DNA of 64,000 nt from a virus, in IMG/VR virus record IMGVR_UViG_3300022751_000016, positions 1-64,000 of that record. One strand, written 5' to 3'. Positions 18,975-29,040 of the stretch are shown here, one piece after another. How positions within the stretch are numbered: the stretch's first letter is position 1; each line of letters starts with the position of its first letter. Below the pieces are notes generated by a model. It was not told the DNA's origin. It made no database searches and saw only the letters and a list, made by a program, of their open reading frames with translations. Position numbers and translations under genes: made by a program.

Positions 18975-21791
18975 TTAATTTTTATTGATTATCGAGTTTA
19001 TATGTGTTAATTCCTGACCTCTTTCTTTAATATCTAACTCTCTTGCTCTCATAGCTAACTCCTCAGTTTTTACTCCTAGCTTAGCTCTTTCCTGTTCGTC
19101 TTTGTTATTAATATTTATTTCTTTTAATTGTAAGTCAGCTTGTTTAAATGAATTGTTAATACCGTCTCTAGTTGCTTCTATTACGGCATCTGTTCCTTGT
19201 TGACTGAAAGCTTTCTGATTAACTCTGGATGTTGCATCGATTCTTGCTTCTTCTAACTTAGTCATATTCTTTTCATCTTCAATAGATTTTAAGAATGCAT
19301 TCTGATTAGCTTTTTCTTGCACCTGAACCTGTAATTGTTTATCCAACATATCTGATTCATGTTGTCTGGCATCTAGTGTCTCTTGTGCAATACGTTTCTC
19401 ATTTTCTTGCGCCAAAGCTTTCAATTCTATAATGGTGTCACTAGTGAAGATTTCAAATATGTCGTTTACGCTTTGAGTAATTGTATTATTATTTGCAATA
19501 ACTTGTTTTAAAGTTTCAATAATTTTTCTATCTTTACTTCCTGTAACTGCAACTACTCCTAATTTTCTAAGAGGGAAATTTGGGTCTTCTTTCATAATAT
19601 CTAGAAAGTACGTATCTCCGTCTGAGTTTGTAGCAATTGTTGTATTATCTCTATTATTGCTTTGACACCATTGCGCCACTGCTAAATGTACATCTGAAGC
19701 TTTTGCTTTTGCTTCATTCATCTCATCATAAATAGGTGCTAATTGTGCATATGAAGCTTGAGCTCCTTGTTTAACTCCTTCTGCTGTTGTATAATGATTC
19801 GGTTGTCCTAATAATTGTGGTGTAATTCCTATCTGTTCAAATGCTTCTTGTTTATATGCTCTTGCAAGTTCCATTCTATATTGAACCTGAGTACCATATG
19901 TTAAATCTTGTCTTTGAAATGAATTTATAGGCTGGTTTCCTGCTGTATTTTGTTTAGACATATCTACAGGTAATATTCCTGTATTTACCGCCGTATTCAT
20001 TAAATCTAATAAAGCTTCTTCGTGCGTACCATTATCTTTATATTCGGAGGGTAAGTAATTAATATCCATCAAGAAGAATATTCCAATTTCTCTTTCTAAG
20101 ATATCTGTTATTTGGTTCATACAAATGTTGTGAAGCACTTGATATGGAGCCATCTTAGCAGCTAAAGAGCTGGTAATTAATCCTGCGACAGGTAATTGAA
20201 AATTGTAAAAATCACTGTTGGATTTAATTTGAAAATCTAAAGGTCTGATATCTAAATATAAATCACTCTTCAATCTAGAACCTGTAGCTCTAACTTTAAT
20301 ACCTTTCCATATTTCAGGTACGTATTGATAAACTATTGTGTCTTTATATTTAATTAAGTTATTATTTTGTTTAGCTCTTACAATTTCTTCTAATGAAACA
20401 TTTCTAACTTTTTTTATTTCGTTCTCTGTTATATATCCGTCCATTAAATCGTCTGTAACAATCATTTGAACCAGTACTCCTTGCTCATTTTCATGCGTTA
20501 TAAGACCTATTCTTTTGTAAGACCTCCAATATGCTTCTGTAACTTGTAAAAGGTCTGTTCTTACGTCTATGTCACTTCTTTGTTCGCGAGCATATGAAGT
20601 TGTTAAACTAGTTATTCCTGTATTATATTCTGGCAACCAATCTTTAACAGTGTATTCTTCCCCTTCTTTGTTTTTTAAAGTCCTTTCTCCCAGAGGTACT
20701 CCTAAAGCACCTTCGTATTGTTTTAATAAATCGTGGGTGTAGTAGTTTTGAAATGGGACTATGTGGTCTTCTCCAAAACTTTTCTTAACTATATTTGAAA
20801 TAGAACTTCCTCCGCCTCCATAGTCTTCCTCTTGATTCCAATATCTTGAAACACTTTCTTGTTCATCCGCAGTCATTAGATGACCGTAAAGATTTAAAAC
20901 ATCTGAAGCACTGAAAGCATGTGTTCTACCTACAAATTCTCCGTTTTGTGGATATTTAGCGTCTACGTCTTCTGAAAAGAACACTTCTTCTGGTCTCCAA
21001 CTTTCTACAGTGTAGTGGTCAAATCCTATTCTATAATGTCTAAACCATCTTCCTGTTAAAAGCCTGTCAATGAATTCTTGTCTGTCAAGTCCATCTAAAG
21101 AGAAGCGCATTCTATCTTCATTCAAAGTGTTTTGTGCCCACTCTGTAGCTAATACTTTAAAGTTTTTAGCCATGAATATTTCTATCTCATCAGGTGTCAG
21201 AGCTTTTTTCTGCTGTTCTAATTCTTGTTGATATGCTTGATACTCTTCTTCTGTTTCAAATTCATTTCTGGCAGGGTCTATTCCTTTCATTAAAAGGAGT
21301 TTAGTTAACTCGTTCTGCCAAGTCTCTGTTGCATATTGTTGAAGTCTTTCTGTTTTTTCTCGAATAAATTCGTTTGTAGAATATTCATCCTTAGACTCCA
21401 CTCTATAGACATCCTTGAAATCCAAATAGATTCCTAAAAGTGCATTTACAACTATTCCTATAAAATCATAATGCTTGATATACGTAGGCACTCCTTGGTC
21501 TTCTCTAAGAGTTCTAATTTGTGAATCAAACCAAGGCATTTCCTGAAAATCCCCCATACCTGTTCCAGCATAGGTGAATCTTCCTTGTTGCATTTCATAA
21601 TAATCTATAAAGTGTCGGTTTTTAATCCTCTGCCTTTGTCCAATCATTTCTAAATTGTCCATAACAGCCTTCTTCCAAGCTTTATTCTTACGTTTTGTAG
21701 GAATAGACTGATTAACCCATATACCACTATTTATAGTGTTTGCACCTAGTCCGTTAAAAAACGAAAAACCTATATCATTTCCTTGTTCCAT
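18975..21791 (-). CDS. Portal protein (crAss-like)
   Basis: 938 aa with IKHYDFIG, EAYWRS and IGITPQLLG motifs and a long C-terminal coiled coil; follows terminase. Confidence 0.85.
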   Translation of the reverse strand: MEQGNDIGFSFFNGLGANTINSGIWVNQSIPTKRKNKAWKKAVMDNLEMIGQRQRIKNRHFIDYYEMQQGRFTYAGTGMGDFQEMPWFDSQIRTLREDQGVPTYIKHYDFIGIVVNALLGIYLDFKDVYRVESKDEYSTNEFIREKTERLQQYATETWQNELTKLLLMKGIDPARNEFETEEEYQAYQQELEQQKKALTPDEIEIFMAKNFKVLATEWAQNTLNEDRMRFSLDGLDRQEFIDRLLTGRWFRHYRIGFDHYTVESWRPEEVFFSEDVDAKYPQNGEFVGRTHAFSASDVLNLYGHLMTADEQESVSRYWNQEEDYGGGGSSISNIVKKSFGEDHIVPFQNYYTHDLLKQYEGALGVPLGERTLKNKEGEEYTVKDWLPEYNTGITSLTTSYAREQRSDIDVRTDLLQVTEAYWRSYKRIGLITHENEQGVLVQMIVTDDLMDGYITENEIKKVRNVSLEEIVRAKQNNNLIKYKDTIVYQYVPEIWKGIKVRATGSRLKSDLYLDIRPLDFQIKSNSDFYNFQLPVAGLITSSLAAKMAPYQVLHNICMNQITDILEREIGIFFLMDINYLPSEYKDNGTHEEALLDLMNTAVNTGILPVDMSKQNTAGNQPINSFQRQDLTYGTQVQYRMELARAYKQEAFEQIGITPQLLGQPNHYTTAEGVKQGAQASYAQLAPIYDEMNEAKAKASDVHLAVAQWCQSNNRDNTTIATNSDGDTYFLDIMKEDPNFPLRKLGVVAVTGSKDRKIIETLKQVIANNNTITQSVNDIFEIFTSDTIIELKALAQENEKRIAQETLDARQHESDMLDKQLQVQVQEKANQNAFLKSIEDEKNMTKLEEARIDATSRVNQKAFSQQGTDAVIEATRDGINNSFKQADLQLKEININNKDEQERAKLGVKTEELAMRARELDIKERGQELTHINSIINKN

Positions 21792-21810
21792 TTATTAAAT
21801 TTCAATCTTG

Positions 21811-21861
21811 CAAAGTTAAGGATATAATACTCATTGTTAAAATTGGTTATTTTCTGTGTAA
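21811..21861 (-). promoter_or_regulatory. Promoter with upstream phage box
   Basis: TTACACAGAAAATAACCAATTTT-N20-TAACTTTG; box identical to the one at 408-430. Confidence 0.75.
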
Positions 21862-21869
21862 TTAAGACA

Positions 21870-24485
21870 CTATTTTCTTCTGTAGAATCCTCTTCTTGTG
21901 GATGGGTTGGAGTAGAAGTTTCTGCCAACTTTTGGAGCTTGTTTTACTTCTTCATCGTCTTTTTTTCTAGTCATTCCTTTTGGATAAATATAATTCTTTT
22001 CTAATACGTGTAGTAAACCTACAGCTCCAATATGACCACTTATCCTATCAAAGTTTCCACTATCATTATATCCAATTATTTCTGACAGTAAATGTATATC
22101 ATCTATCGTTTGAACTCTTTTAATAACAACTTTTTCACCTAAATCATTTAGCACTTCTACAGATTCGTCTAAGTAGTTAGCGTACATTGATATTAACTTC
22201 CTTTTACTTTGTTTTGGTGTATAACCCCACTTTCTAGCGTCATTAGTAGTATAGTTTAAAACAGAATTGAAATCAATATGCTTTTCTAAATAAACTTCTT
22301 CTAACCTTAGATTTTCTAAATATGTTTGAAATACTCCTAAATCTTCATTCTCAGGTAATGATATCGCGTTATATGCCTCTAAAAGTAAATGTACTTTTTG
22401 ATTTAATTCTTTATATGTTTTAGGTCTTGCTGCATAAGAAGCTACTAAATATCTACCCATAGGGTCTCCAAATAAAGGGTACTTATATATTCCAACAGTA
22501 CAAACTGAATTTGTTGAGCTTGTAGTTTCCTGTTTATAAAAGTCAATAGATGCAACATACATGTATTTAGGTGGTTTGAAATCAGGAATATCTTCTATAA
22601 TTAAATATGGCGCATCTTGATTATCTCCTGTAAATGGAAATTCTACTAAATCTTTTGTTGAAATTTTGGAAATTATTTTTCCATTGGTATCTTTTATTAA
22701 ATCTCTTCTTCTATCCCATTTTCCAGTTGTAATTAAATATTCTCTATGTTTTACAGCTTCATCATAAACATTACTGAATGGTGATATAGTTGCGCTTAAG
22801 AATACTTCTTCTGGGTCAATAGGGTATTGTACAGTTTCTTGCTGTAGTAGTAGGTTGTCATTTTTGACAGTGTCTCTGTCTTTTTTTAAGACTTCTAAAT
22901 TATGAACCCAATCAGCTTGATGTATTAAAATGGTATCTAGAAATTCAGATTTTATTCCTAAAAACTGCCCAAATGGTCTTACTATTACTTTCAATCCTGT
23001 TTTGTAACTCATTTGGGCAGGGATAAAAGTAGCAAAAGTTCTCCTCTTAAAAGATATAGCTTCTTTTGGTATTTTATTTTCAAAAGTTTCCCAATCCATT
23101 TCTAAAAAATTTAGAGAGCTTGGATTAGCTAAAGCTGCCATTGCATCTCCTGACAATGAAGATTCTCCTCCTGTACCAACACATATAGGAACACACTTCC
23201 ACCTAGTTTTTGTTTCAAAAGAAGGTTTGGCAGCAAGGTAGGATTTCTTCCAGTCAAACTTTCCAATTTCTTCTATTAAATAACAACTTGGAGCTCCCCC
23301 CGCTGTCTTTTGTGTAGATGTAACTTTACCATTTGCTAAGTTTTTCACTAAAAATCTAGAATACTCTACTAAGTTGCTGGAAGATGTTTTTAACCCTAAC
23401 TCTACAGAACCTCCTAACCATTCCTGACTTTGAGTGTAAAGATAAAACGCTTTTGGTACGTACTTCATTGCTGTTTTTATCTTATGCGTTAAATCAATTA
23501 AATCTCCCTCTGAACCAGATGTTATTGTAGAAGAAGAGTTTGGTTTAGTTAGAGCTTTCCAATAACAATATGAAGACATTAAAGTTGATTTACCTAAACG
23601 TCTACTTCCATATAGCATTACTCCTTTATTACCTTCTTTTTCCGCTCGTTTTATATCTTCTACAAATAACCACTCATTATCTCGGAAATCGGGTGTTACA
23701 ATAGGTTCTGAGTTATCTTCCTGTGGTATAGGGGTTTTAAAAAAGTTTAAATGCCAATATAACCAAGGATGTATAAAATATCCATCTACTTCAAAACCTT
23801 TAGTTATTTTCAACCACTCATTCTGCCAAAAAGATATTACAGGTTTTTCCTGTTCCCAATAATGTTTTTTATCATTCCACTCTTTTACTTTACCTTGTTT
23901 ATCTAAATCCTTGTAAAAAGTTTTATCTGTTATTTCTTTAGATAGTTTGAGAGCCTCTGTTGCATCTCTAATATCTGAATTAACAATAGGTAACACTAGA
24001 GCCATTGGTAGAGATGCTATTTGGTCAGAATAGAATCTAAACCTTAAGTCTTCTGATTTTTGATGTATGTTTAACGTATCTAGTTTATCTTGTATTTTTA
24101 TTTTTGCGGTGAATACTTCATCTTGGAATAATATCTCATTATTCTTTAAATCTATTTCTTCCGCGCTATCATCAGATGATTCTACTAATTCATCTAGCTT
24201 ATAATCCAAATATACCTCACACTTGTTTATATGTAAGTTTATTATTTTTAAAGTAGAGTCTATAAACCTTTGTGTTTTCTGTAATTTTCTATCTGCTTCC
24301 GCACCTTTTATAAAAGCAGTTAATCTTGTAACAATAGACAATGTTAAATCATTTTCTTGTTTAAATAATTTTTGCTTTTTTATAGGGTCTTCTTCATTAT
24401 CCCATTTATTACTTTCTATTACAGCTGCATTTCTCTTGAAGTATTCTTTGTGCTGTTTTACGAACTTATCTACAAACTGACTCAT
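21870..24485 (-). CDS. terL: Terminase large subunit with N-terminal extension
   Basis: Walker A GSRRLGKST, Walker B YLIEEIG, GTGG motif, RNase H-like nuclease residues (ASIDFY, ENE, NFDRI). Confidence 0.88.
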   Translation of the reverse strand: MSQFVDKFVKQHKEYFKRNAAVIESNKWDNEEDPIKKQKLFKQENDLTLSIVTRLTAFIKGAEADRKLQKTQRFIDSTLKIINLHINKCEVYLDYKLDELVESSDDSAEEIDLKNNEILFQDEVFTAKIKIQDKLDTLNIHQKSEDLRFRFYSDQIASLPMALVLPIVNSDIRDATEALKLSKEITDKTFYKDLDKQGKVKEWNDKKHYWEQEKPVISFWQNEWLKITKGFEVDGYFIHPWLYWHLNFFKTPIPQEDNSEPIVTPDFRDNEWLFVEDIKRAEKEGNKGVMLYGSRRLGKSTLMSSYCYWKALTKPNSSSTITSGSEGDLIDLTHKIKTAMKYVPKAFYLYTQSQEWLGGSVELGLKTSSSNLVEYSRFLVKNLANGKVTSTQKTAGGAPSCYLIEEIGKFDWKKSYLAAKPSFETKTRWKCVPICVGTGGESSLSGDAMAALANPSSLNFLEMDWETFENKIPKEAISFKRRTFATFIPAQMSYKTGLKVIVRPFGQFLGIKSEFLDTILIHQADWVHNLEVLKKDRDTVKNDNLLLQQETVQYPIDPEEVFLSATISPFSNVYDEAVKHREYLITTGKWDRRRDLIKDTNGKIISKISTKDLVEFPFTGDNQDAPYLIIEDIPDFKPPKYMYVASIDFYKQETTSSTNSVCTVGIYKYPLFGDPMGRYLVASYAARPKTYKELNQKVHLLLEAYNAISLPENEDLGVFQTYLENLRLEEVYLEKHIDFNSVLNYTTNDARKWGYTPKQSKRKLISMYANYLDESVEVLNDLGEKVVIKRVQTIDDIHLLSEIIGYNDSGNFDRISGHIGAVGLLHVLEKNYIYPKGMTRKKDDEEVKQAPKVGRNFYSNPSTRRGFYRRK

Positions 24486-25651
24486 TTAAGATTTATTATT
24501 TCATTAATAGGTAATGACATTTTATAACATTCTGAATATCCGTTAAATAGTATACCTACTTTGTGTTTGTACTTTTTATATTTTTTATGTAATTTTTCCT
24601 CTAAATCCCATATTGTTGATGCATCGGAGCTGTATAGATATAATTCTTCATAATCATAAGGCATATTATTTTTATTAAATCTTTCAGATAATTCTCTAAA
24701 TGTCTTACCTATTTTGTAAAATGTTTCTTCATCTTTGTTACACTTTATAAGATATAGATGAGTTGTTCTTCCTTTAGCTAAATACACATATCCATCTTTT
24801 GTATGATGATGTTTTCCACTGTATTTGGAATCTTCCATTCTGCACTTAGGGCATGTAAAACCATTTAGATAATTATTTGGTAGGGTTTTAAATTTAGAAT
24901 CATGCTTTTTACATCTTATTTCTAATTCTTTTCTACAACCTTCATATATAGTGTCTGTATAATCATGTAAATCTCCATAAACTTCCACAGATTCTTCAAT
25001 AAATTGTTCAGTCGTTTTCTTTCTTAAAAGGCTATAATTCTCTTCTGCACATTTTGGACATTTCTGTCCGCCTAATCTATTTGTTACGCGTATAGTAAAT
25101 TCATGGTCATGTACAGTACACGTTAAATCTACTTTACCTCTGGAATTAATATCTTTAACTTTAGAGTGGTCTGTTATATCTCCAAACAATTTGACAGATT
25201 CCTCTATAAACAAATCTACATTATTGTATTTAGACTTTAATCTGCATTTAGGACATGCTTGTCCATGTAGTAAATCAAATGGGCGTTTCAAAAATGACCC
25301 GTGTAATTTACATATTAGCTCAACCTCTGTTGTATTGTTTTTATACTCTACTTTAGACGTATCATATAAGTCTCCGTACATCTCTACCAACTCTTCTGAA
25401 AACTTTTCTTTTCCTTTAGAATTTAATTTTGACATTTTATCTTTCTCACAACAATAGGGTACACAACCTTTCTTATGATTCTTTGGAATTATATTAAAAT
25501 ACTTATCATGTTTTTTGCAATATATTTCTACAGGTGTTAAGTTACCAACATAAATCACTCTATCATAACCATAAGCATCTCCATGTTTTTCTTGGAACTG
25601 TTCTATGACTTTTTCTCTAGTTAGTTTATTATGCGCTGTTCTTTTATTCAT
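24482..25651 (-). CDS. Homing endonuclease (DUF723-type Zn repeats + GIY-YIG/T5orf172-like domain)
   Basis: CxxH...CPKC repeats; LYLIK...FYKIGKT...LEEKLH...GYSEC. Confidence 0.78.
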   Translation of the reverse strand: MNKRTAHNKLTREKVIEQFQEKHGDAYGYDRVIYVGNLTPVEIYCKKHDKYFNIIPKNHKKGCVPYCCEKDKMSKLNSKGKEKFSEELVEMYGDLYDTSKVEYKNNTTEVELICKLHGSFLKRPFDLLHGQACPKCRLKSKYNNVDLFIEESVKLFGDITDHSKVKDINSRGKVDLTCTVHDHEFTIRVTNRLGGQKCPKCAEENYSLLRKKTTEQFIEESVEVYGDLHDYTDTIYEGCRKELEIRCKKHDSKFKTLPNNYLNGFTCPKCRMEDSKYSGKHHHTKDGYVYLAKGRTTHLYLIKCNKDEETFYKIGKTFRELSERFNKNNMPYDYEELYLYSSDASTIWDLEEKLHKKYKKYKHKVGILFNGYSECYKMSLPINEIINLK

Positions 25652-25693
25652 ATTTTAAACAATAAAACCTCCACACTAGGTAGAGGTTGGTTT

Positions 25694-26158
25694 TTAAAGG
25701 TTTTCTAAATCCTTGATATTTTTAAAGGCTTTCACCACTTCTTGTATTGCTGACGGTGGAATTCTGTCTTTATAGTGCTTTATTAAGTCTGGATTTATTT
25801 CTTTTGCTGTTCCTTTTTCTATGATGAACATTAACTTATTTTTACTGTTTTTTAACTGTTCTAATTCTTTTTCCGCCGATTCTGGAATTTCAATTAAACC
25901 TTTAACTAATTCATAAGCTGTCAAAACTCTTTCTTTTAGATTATTTAAGTCTGTTGCGTAGAGCATTGGAACTGTTTTTGTATCTAGAACAAACTGTGTT
26001 GCTTTTTCTAAGTTGTCTGGAGCGTCAATAATTTCTTTAACTCTTTCTTTAATTGATGCTGTTACTTCTTCATTGTTTTTTTCGAAGAAAGTATTGTATT
26101 CTTTCCATTCCTTAAATAAAATCTCGAATTGAGATAGTAGTGTTTTTTGTATGTCCAT
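25694..26158 (-). CDS. Hypothetical protein
   Basis: Co-oriented, tightly packed ORF. Confidence 0.55.
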   Translation of the reverse strand: MDIQKTLLSQFEILFKEWKEYNTFFEKNNEEVTASIKERVKEIIDAPDNLEKATQFVLDTKTVPMLYATDLNNLKERVLTAYELVKGLIEIPESAEKELEQLKNSKNKLMFIIEKGTAKEINPDLIKHYKDRIPPSAIQEVVKAFKNIKDLENL

Positions 26159-26407
26159 TTATTTATTGTTTATCCACTCATTAAATTCTTCTTGTGACGC
26201 TGGCTCTTCTTGTTTTATTTTTGAGCTATTCACTTTTTCTTGCGCGATGTAAATTTCTTCATCTGTTGCTGTCAATAAACTTTTTCCGTTTAATGCTTTA
26301 GGTCTTAGAAATGAATATAGAATTTCTCCCATAGTGCAATCTGGATTGTTTTCAGCCATGCTAAATAGTTCTGTTATTATAGCTGCTTTGTAAGTTGGTT
26401 TTTCCAT
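26159..26407 (-). CDS. Hypothetical protein
   Basis: Co-oriented ORF. Confidence 0.5.
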   Translation of the reverse strand: MEKPTYKAAIITELFSMAENNPDCTMGEILYSFLRPKALNGKSLLTATDEEIYIAQEKVNSSKIKQEEPASQEEFNEWINNK

Positions 26408-26414
26408 TTTTATT

Positions 26415-26744
26415 CTATTGTACTACAGTACCTTTTAATATTAATTGTGTATTTTTTTGTTCGCCGTTTTCTTTAAAACTTATTTTTACTGTTTTTGTAA
26501 ACACTCCCAATGATTTTGCGTCATATTTTACAGTTCCTTTGCTGTTGTTTTCATCTACTTTTTCAGTTGCTGTAACTGTACATCCGCAAGTTTTTACTAA
26601 TGTTAAATCTTCTATTTTATTTCCTGTGAATATTAGTTCTGTTGTTGTATCCGTATTTCTTTTTATTGTGCCAAAAAATAATTCCGCTTGACCATTATTA
26701 TTCTTTGATAATTTGGCTTTATCGTTTAAACTTTTTAATTCCAT
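26415..26744 (-). CDS. DUF1573-like Ig-fold protein
   Basis: TCGCT motif, GVFTKTVKI and LILKGTV strands. Confidence 0.7.
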   Translation of the reverse strand: MELKSLNDKAKLSKNNNGQAELFFGTIKRNTDTTTELIFTGNKIEDLTLVKTCGCTVTATEKVDENNSKGTVKYDAKSLGVFTKTVKISFKENGEQKNTQLILKGTVVQ

Positions 26745-26745
26745 T

Positions 26746-27042
26746 TTATTCCCATTTTTTTAGCGGGCAATCTTCACCCTCTTCTTTTGTTATTAAACTT
26801 TTCCAATACACATCACAAAGACATATTGTACATTCTCCTAAGTCCTCGCTTTTAGACATTGTAATGAATGAAAATAGATTAGAAAACACTTTATATACTT
26901 TTAATTTTATTGTTGATTTATTTGTGTTTTTTGAATTGTGTGGGCAACTGAAACAAACTTTTCTTCTTCTTAATACCCAAGAGGAATAATCTGTTCTGAA
27001 TCTACTCTTTATTATATTAAGTATTGTTTTGCATATTTTCAT
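26746..27042 (-). CDS. Cys-rich Zn-binding protein
   Basis: RRKVCFSCP...CTICLC...CPLKKW. Confidence 0.6.
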   Translation of the reverse strand: MKICKTILNIIKSRFRTDYSSWVLRRRKVCFSCPHNSKNTNKSTIKLKVYKVFSNLFSFITMSKSEDLGECTICLCDVYWKSLITKEEGEDCPLKKWE

Positions 27043-27403
27043 ATTCTTCTAATTCTAATTGTGAATGTTTTAAATAGGAAAGAAACATACAGTCTTTATT
27101 AAATACATTTGTTATATAATCATATTCTATTGACATTGCCATTTTCTGTACTCTTTCATATCTTCTAATGTGATTGTCAGGTAGTTTTTTTTCTTTTGAA
27201 AATGTTGCCGACTTTCTTGCTCCTTCTAAACTTGTAAATATATATCCTACGTAGGGTAATTCAAATGCAGGGACACTATCTTCTTTAACTTTAATTTCCA
27301 TGTATTCTATTAAGCACCTCAGAAAATCATCCATTTCTTCTGGAGATATTCTTGTTCTGCTTTCACAAGCTTTATTAATTAAATCTTTTCTATACTTTAT
27401 CAT
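27017..27403 (-). CDS. HU/IHF-like DNA-binding protein
   Basis: KDLINK...ISPEE...FELPYVGYIF resembles the HU/IHF N-terminal fold; such genes are typical of crAss-like phages. Confidence 0.55.
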   Translation of the reverse strand: MIKYRKDLINKACESRTRISPEEMDDFLRCLIEYMEIKVKEDSVPAFELPYVGYIFTSLEGARKSATFSKEKKLPDNHIRRYERVQKMAMSIEYDYITNVFNKDCMFLSYLKHSQLELEEYENMQNNT

Positions 27404-27794
27404 CTTTTTCGCAGAATATTGTGTAGAATATTGCTTTCTTATCTTTAGCTAAAAATCTGTTTTTTAATTCCAAAAGTCTTTTATTAACTATTTTCTCTCT
27501 ATAATTTGTGGGATGTTTTTCTAAAAATCCTTTTGTTGTTAGAATGAAGTTTATTTGGTCTAAATGTTTTTCATTCATTTTATTCTCCAGAAGTATTGCC
27601 TTTTTTGTATTTGCATTATACCCAGACTTTAAATATGTTCTTAAAACTACACCTTGTTTATTTGTCAATATTTCTCCAAGTTCTACAATAGAATATATGT
27701 GAATAACTAGATTTAACAGTTCTAAATCATTTGTATATTTGAATTTTGAAAAAAAATGTTTATGAGTTTCAGATGTAAACTTATCTACTGCCAT
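27390..27794 (-). CDS. Putative winged-helix DNA-binding protein
   Basis: Basic; LTNKQ...LDQINFILTTKGFL pattern. Confidence 0.4.
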   Translation of the reverse strand: MAVDKFTSETHKHFFSKFKYTNDLELLNLVIHIYSIVELGEILTNKQGVVLRTYLKSGYNANTKKAILLENKMNEKHLDQINFILTTKGFLEKHPTNYREKIVNKRLLELKNRFLAKDKKAIFYTIFCEKDDKV

Positions 27795-28093
27795 AATAAT
27801 TCTGTGTGTTTTTTAAAAAGCTCTGTAGCAACTGTAAAACTCATTCCTGAATAGTGGAAATTATACTCTTTAGTTACTGGGTCTACAAATTCTAAATTTT
27901 CTGGTGGTTCTCCATTAAATCTTATGTGTACGGAGTGTGTGTATTTTTGTATGTATGGAACTGTATACACTACATCTTTATAATTATACTCATTATATCT
28001 GAATGGTTCTTCTATTGTTTTCTCCGCGCCTTGGCTTAATAAAAACTCGTCAATGTACCTTATAAATAATTTATGTAGTCTATTAAGTTTCAT
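27785..28093 (-). CDS. Hypothetical protein
   Basis: First ORF after the leftward promoter. Confidence 0.55.
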   Translation of the reverse strand: MKLNRLHKLFIRYIDEFLLSQGAEKTIEEPFRYNEYNYKDVVYTVPYIQKYTHSVHIRFNGEPPENLEFVDPVTKEYNFHYSGMSFTVATELFKKHTELLWQ

Positions 28094-28100
28094 ATGGGTA

Positions 28101-28191
28101 CAAATATATGCAATTAAAACTTAACTTCCAAATTTATTATGTTAAATTTATCTTAATTGTTTGTTTTCTATTTTTATTATTCGTATATTTG
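28101..28191. promoter_or_regulatory. Divergent Bacteroidota sigma70-type promoter pair at the strand switch
   Basis: Minus TTTG(28132-28129)-N20-TATATTTG(28108-28101); plus TTTG(28160)-N20-TATATTTG(28184-28191). Confidence 0.7.
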
Positions 28192-28215
28192 CCTTATTTT
28201 AACTATTCAAATACA

Positions 28216-28473
28216 ATGAACAACAATAGACTCGGCTTTGACGAATTTTCAGAAACTCTTTTGGAACTAACATCTTCACACGTTTTAGACAATTTTTATA
28301 TTGAAACTTATGCAGATTTTTGCAATAGTTTAATATTTGACTTTTGGAAAGAATACTATTATTCAGAGATAGATTTATCTATTCGACATTTTGCTTCTAT
28401 AATGGAAATATTCTTTATTAACTTGTTTCAGCATTCTCCATCTTCTTCACGAGTTACAGAAATTAAGTTATAG
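28216..28473 (+). CDS. Hypothetical protein
   Basis: ATG at 28216 lies downstream of the promoter; the track start at 28108 overlaps the promoters. Confidence 0.5.
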   Translation: MNNNRLGFDEFSETLLELTSSHVLDNFYIETYADFCNSLIFDFWKEYYYSEIDLSIRHFASIMEIFFINLFQHSPSSSRVTEIKL

Positions 28474-28486
28474 GAAAAAATAATGA

Positions 28487-28537
28487 TTACAGAAAAAGTA
28501 ATTAATTTGGTGGATTGAATTTAAAGTTGTATATTTG
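28487..28537 (+). promoter_or_regulatory. Promoter with upstream phage box driving a non-coding region
   Basis: TTACAGAAAAAGTAATTAATTTG-N20-TATATTTG. Confidence 0.65.
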
Positions 28538-28550
28538 CTTTATAATTATT

Positions 28551-28633
28551 GGAAGTTGCTCCCAAACAACTACTTTAGCGGATGATTATTCCGTATAGGT
28601 GCACGAATGAGAAATCAGAGTATGTTGTCTTCC
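28551..28633 (+). ncRNA. Putative structured small RNA
   Basis: GGAAG/CTTCC, CAAC/GTTG and TACTTT/AGAGTA nested stems plus a CGGA/TCCG hairpin, directly downstream of a promoter. Confidence 0.5.
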
Positions 28634-28868
28634 TTTTACAGTAAATCGTTTTGGACGTTAGATTGGGGTTTCTGAGAACGTTATTCTCTTTGTGAAGCAT
28701 TTAGTCGTTACTTTTAAATTAACTTAAAAAATACATTATGAGAAATGATATAATTTTTTGCTCAGATTACGATGGAATTTAGAAATATATTAAATAATTT
28801 AAGAGTTTATAACTATACTTAAAACTAATAATTATGGGAGGAGATTCCTAAAAATACCTTAAAATAAA

Positions 28869-28900
28869 TTTGCATATATCGTTTTAATACTTTATCTTTG
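28869..28900 (+). promoter_or_regulatory. Bacteroidota-type promoter
   Basis: TTTG-N20-TATCTTTG. Confidence 0.7.
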
Positions 28901-28922
28901 CAACTTAGAATTACATACAGGC

Positions 28923-29030
28923 GCTTATTTAGTTGTGGAAAGCTATAAAGCATTAAAATATAAAGTTACCGCTTTTAATTTATTAACCCTTCTTTCCACT
29001 TTAGAGGGTTTTTATTTTTTAGGCGGTTTT
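28923..29030 (+). promoter_or_regulatory. Two-hairpin leader with complementary loops
   Basis: GTGGAAAG (28935-28942) complementary to CTTTCCAC (28992-28999). Confidence 0.5.
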
Positions 29031-29040
29031 ACTTTTTATA

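Noticed and set aside
21870-24485. Intein or intron in terL explaining its length
   Set aside because: No intein C...HN motifs or frame break; the extra length is N-terminal
28108-28215. Longer start for ORF 28108..28473, and the TTG starts at 14417 and 33646
   Set aside because: These extensions overlap promoter boxes, so downstream ATGs are preferred
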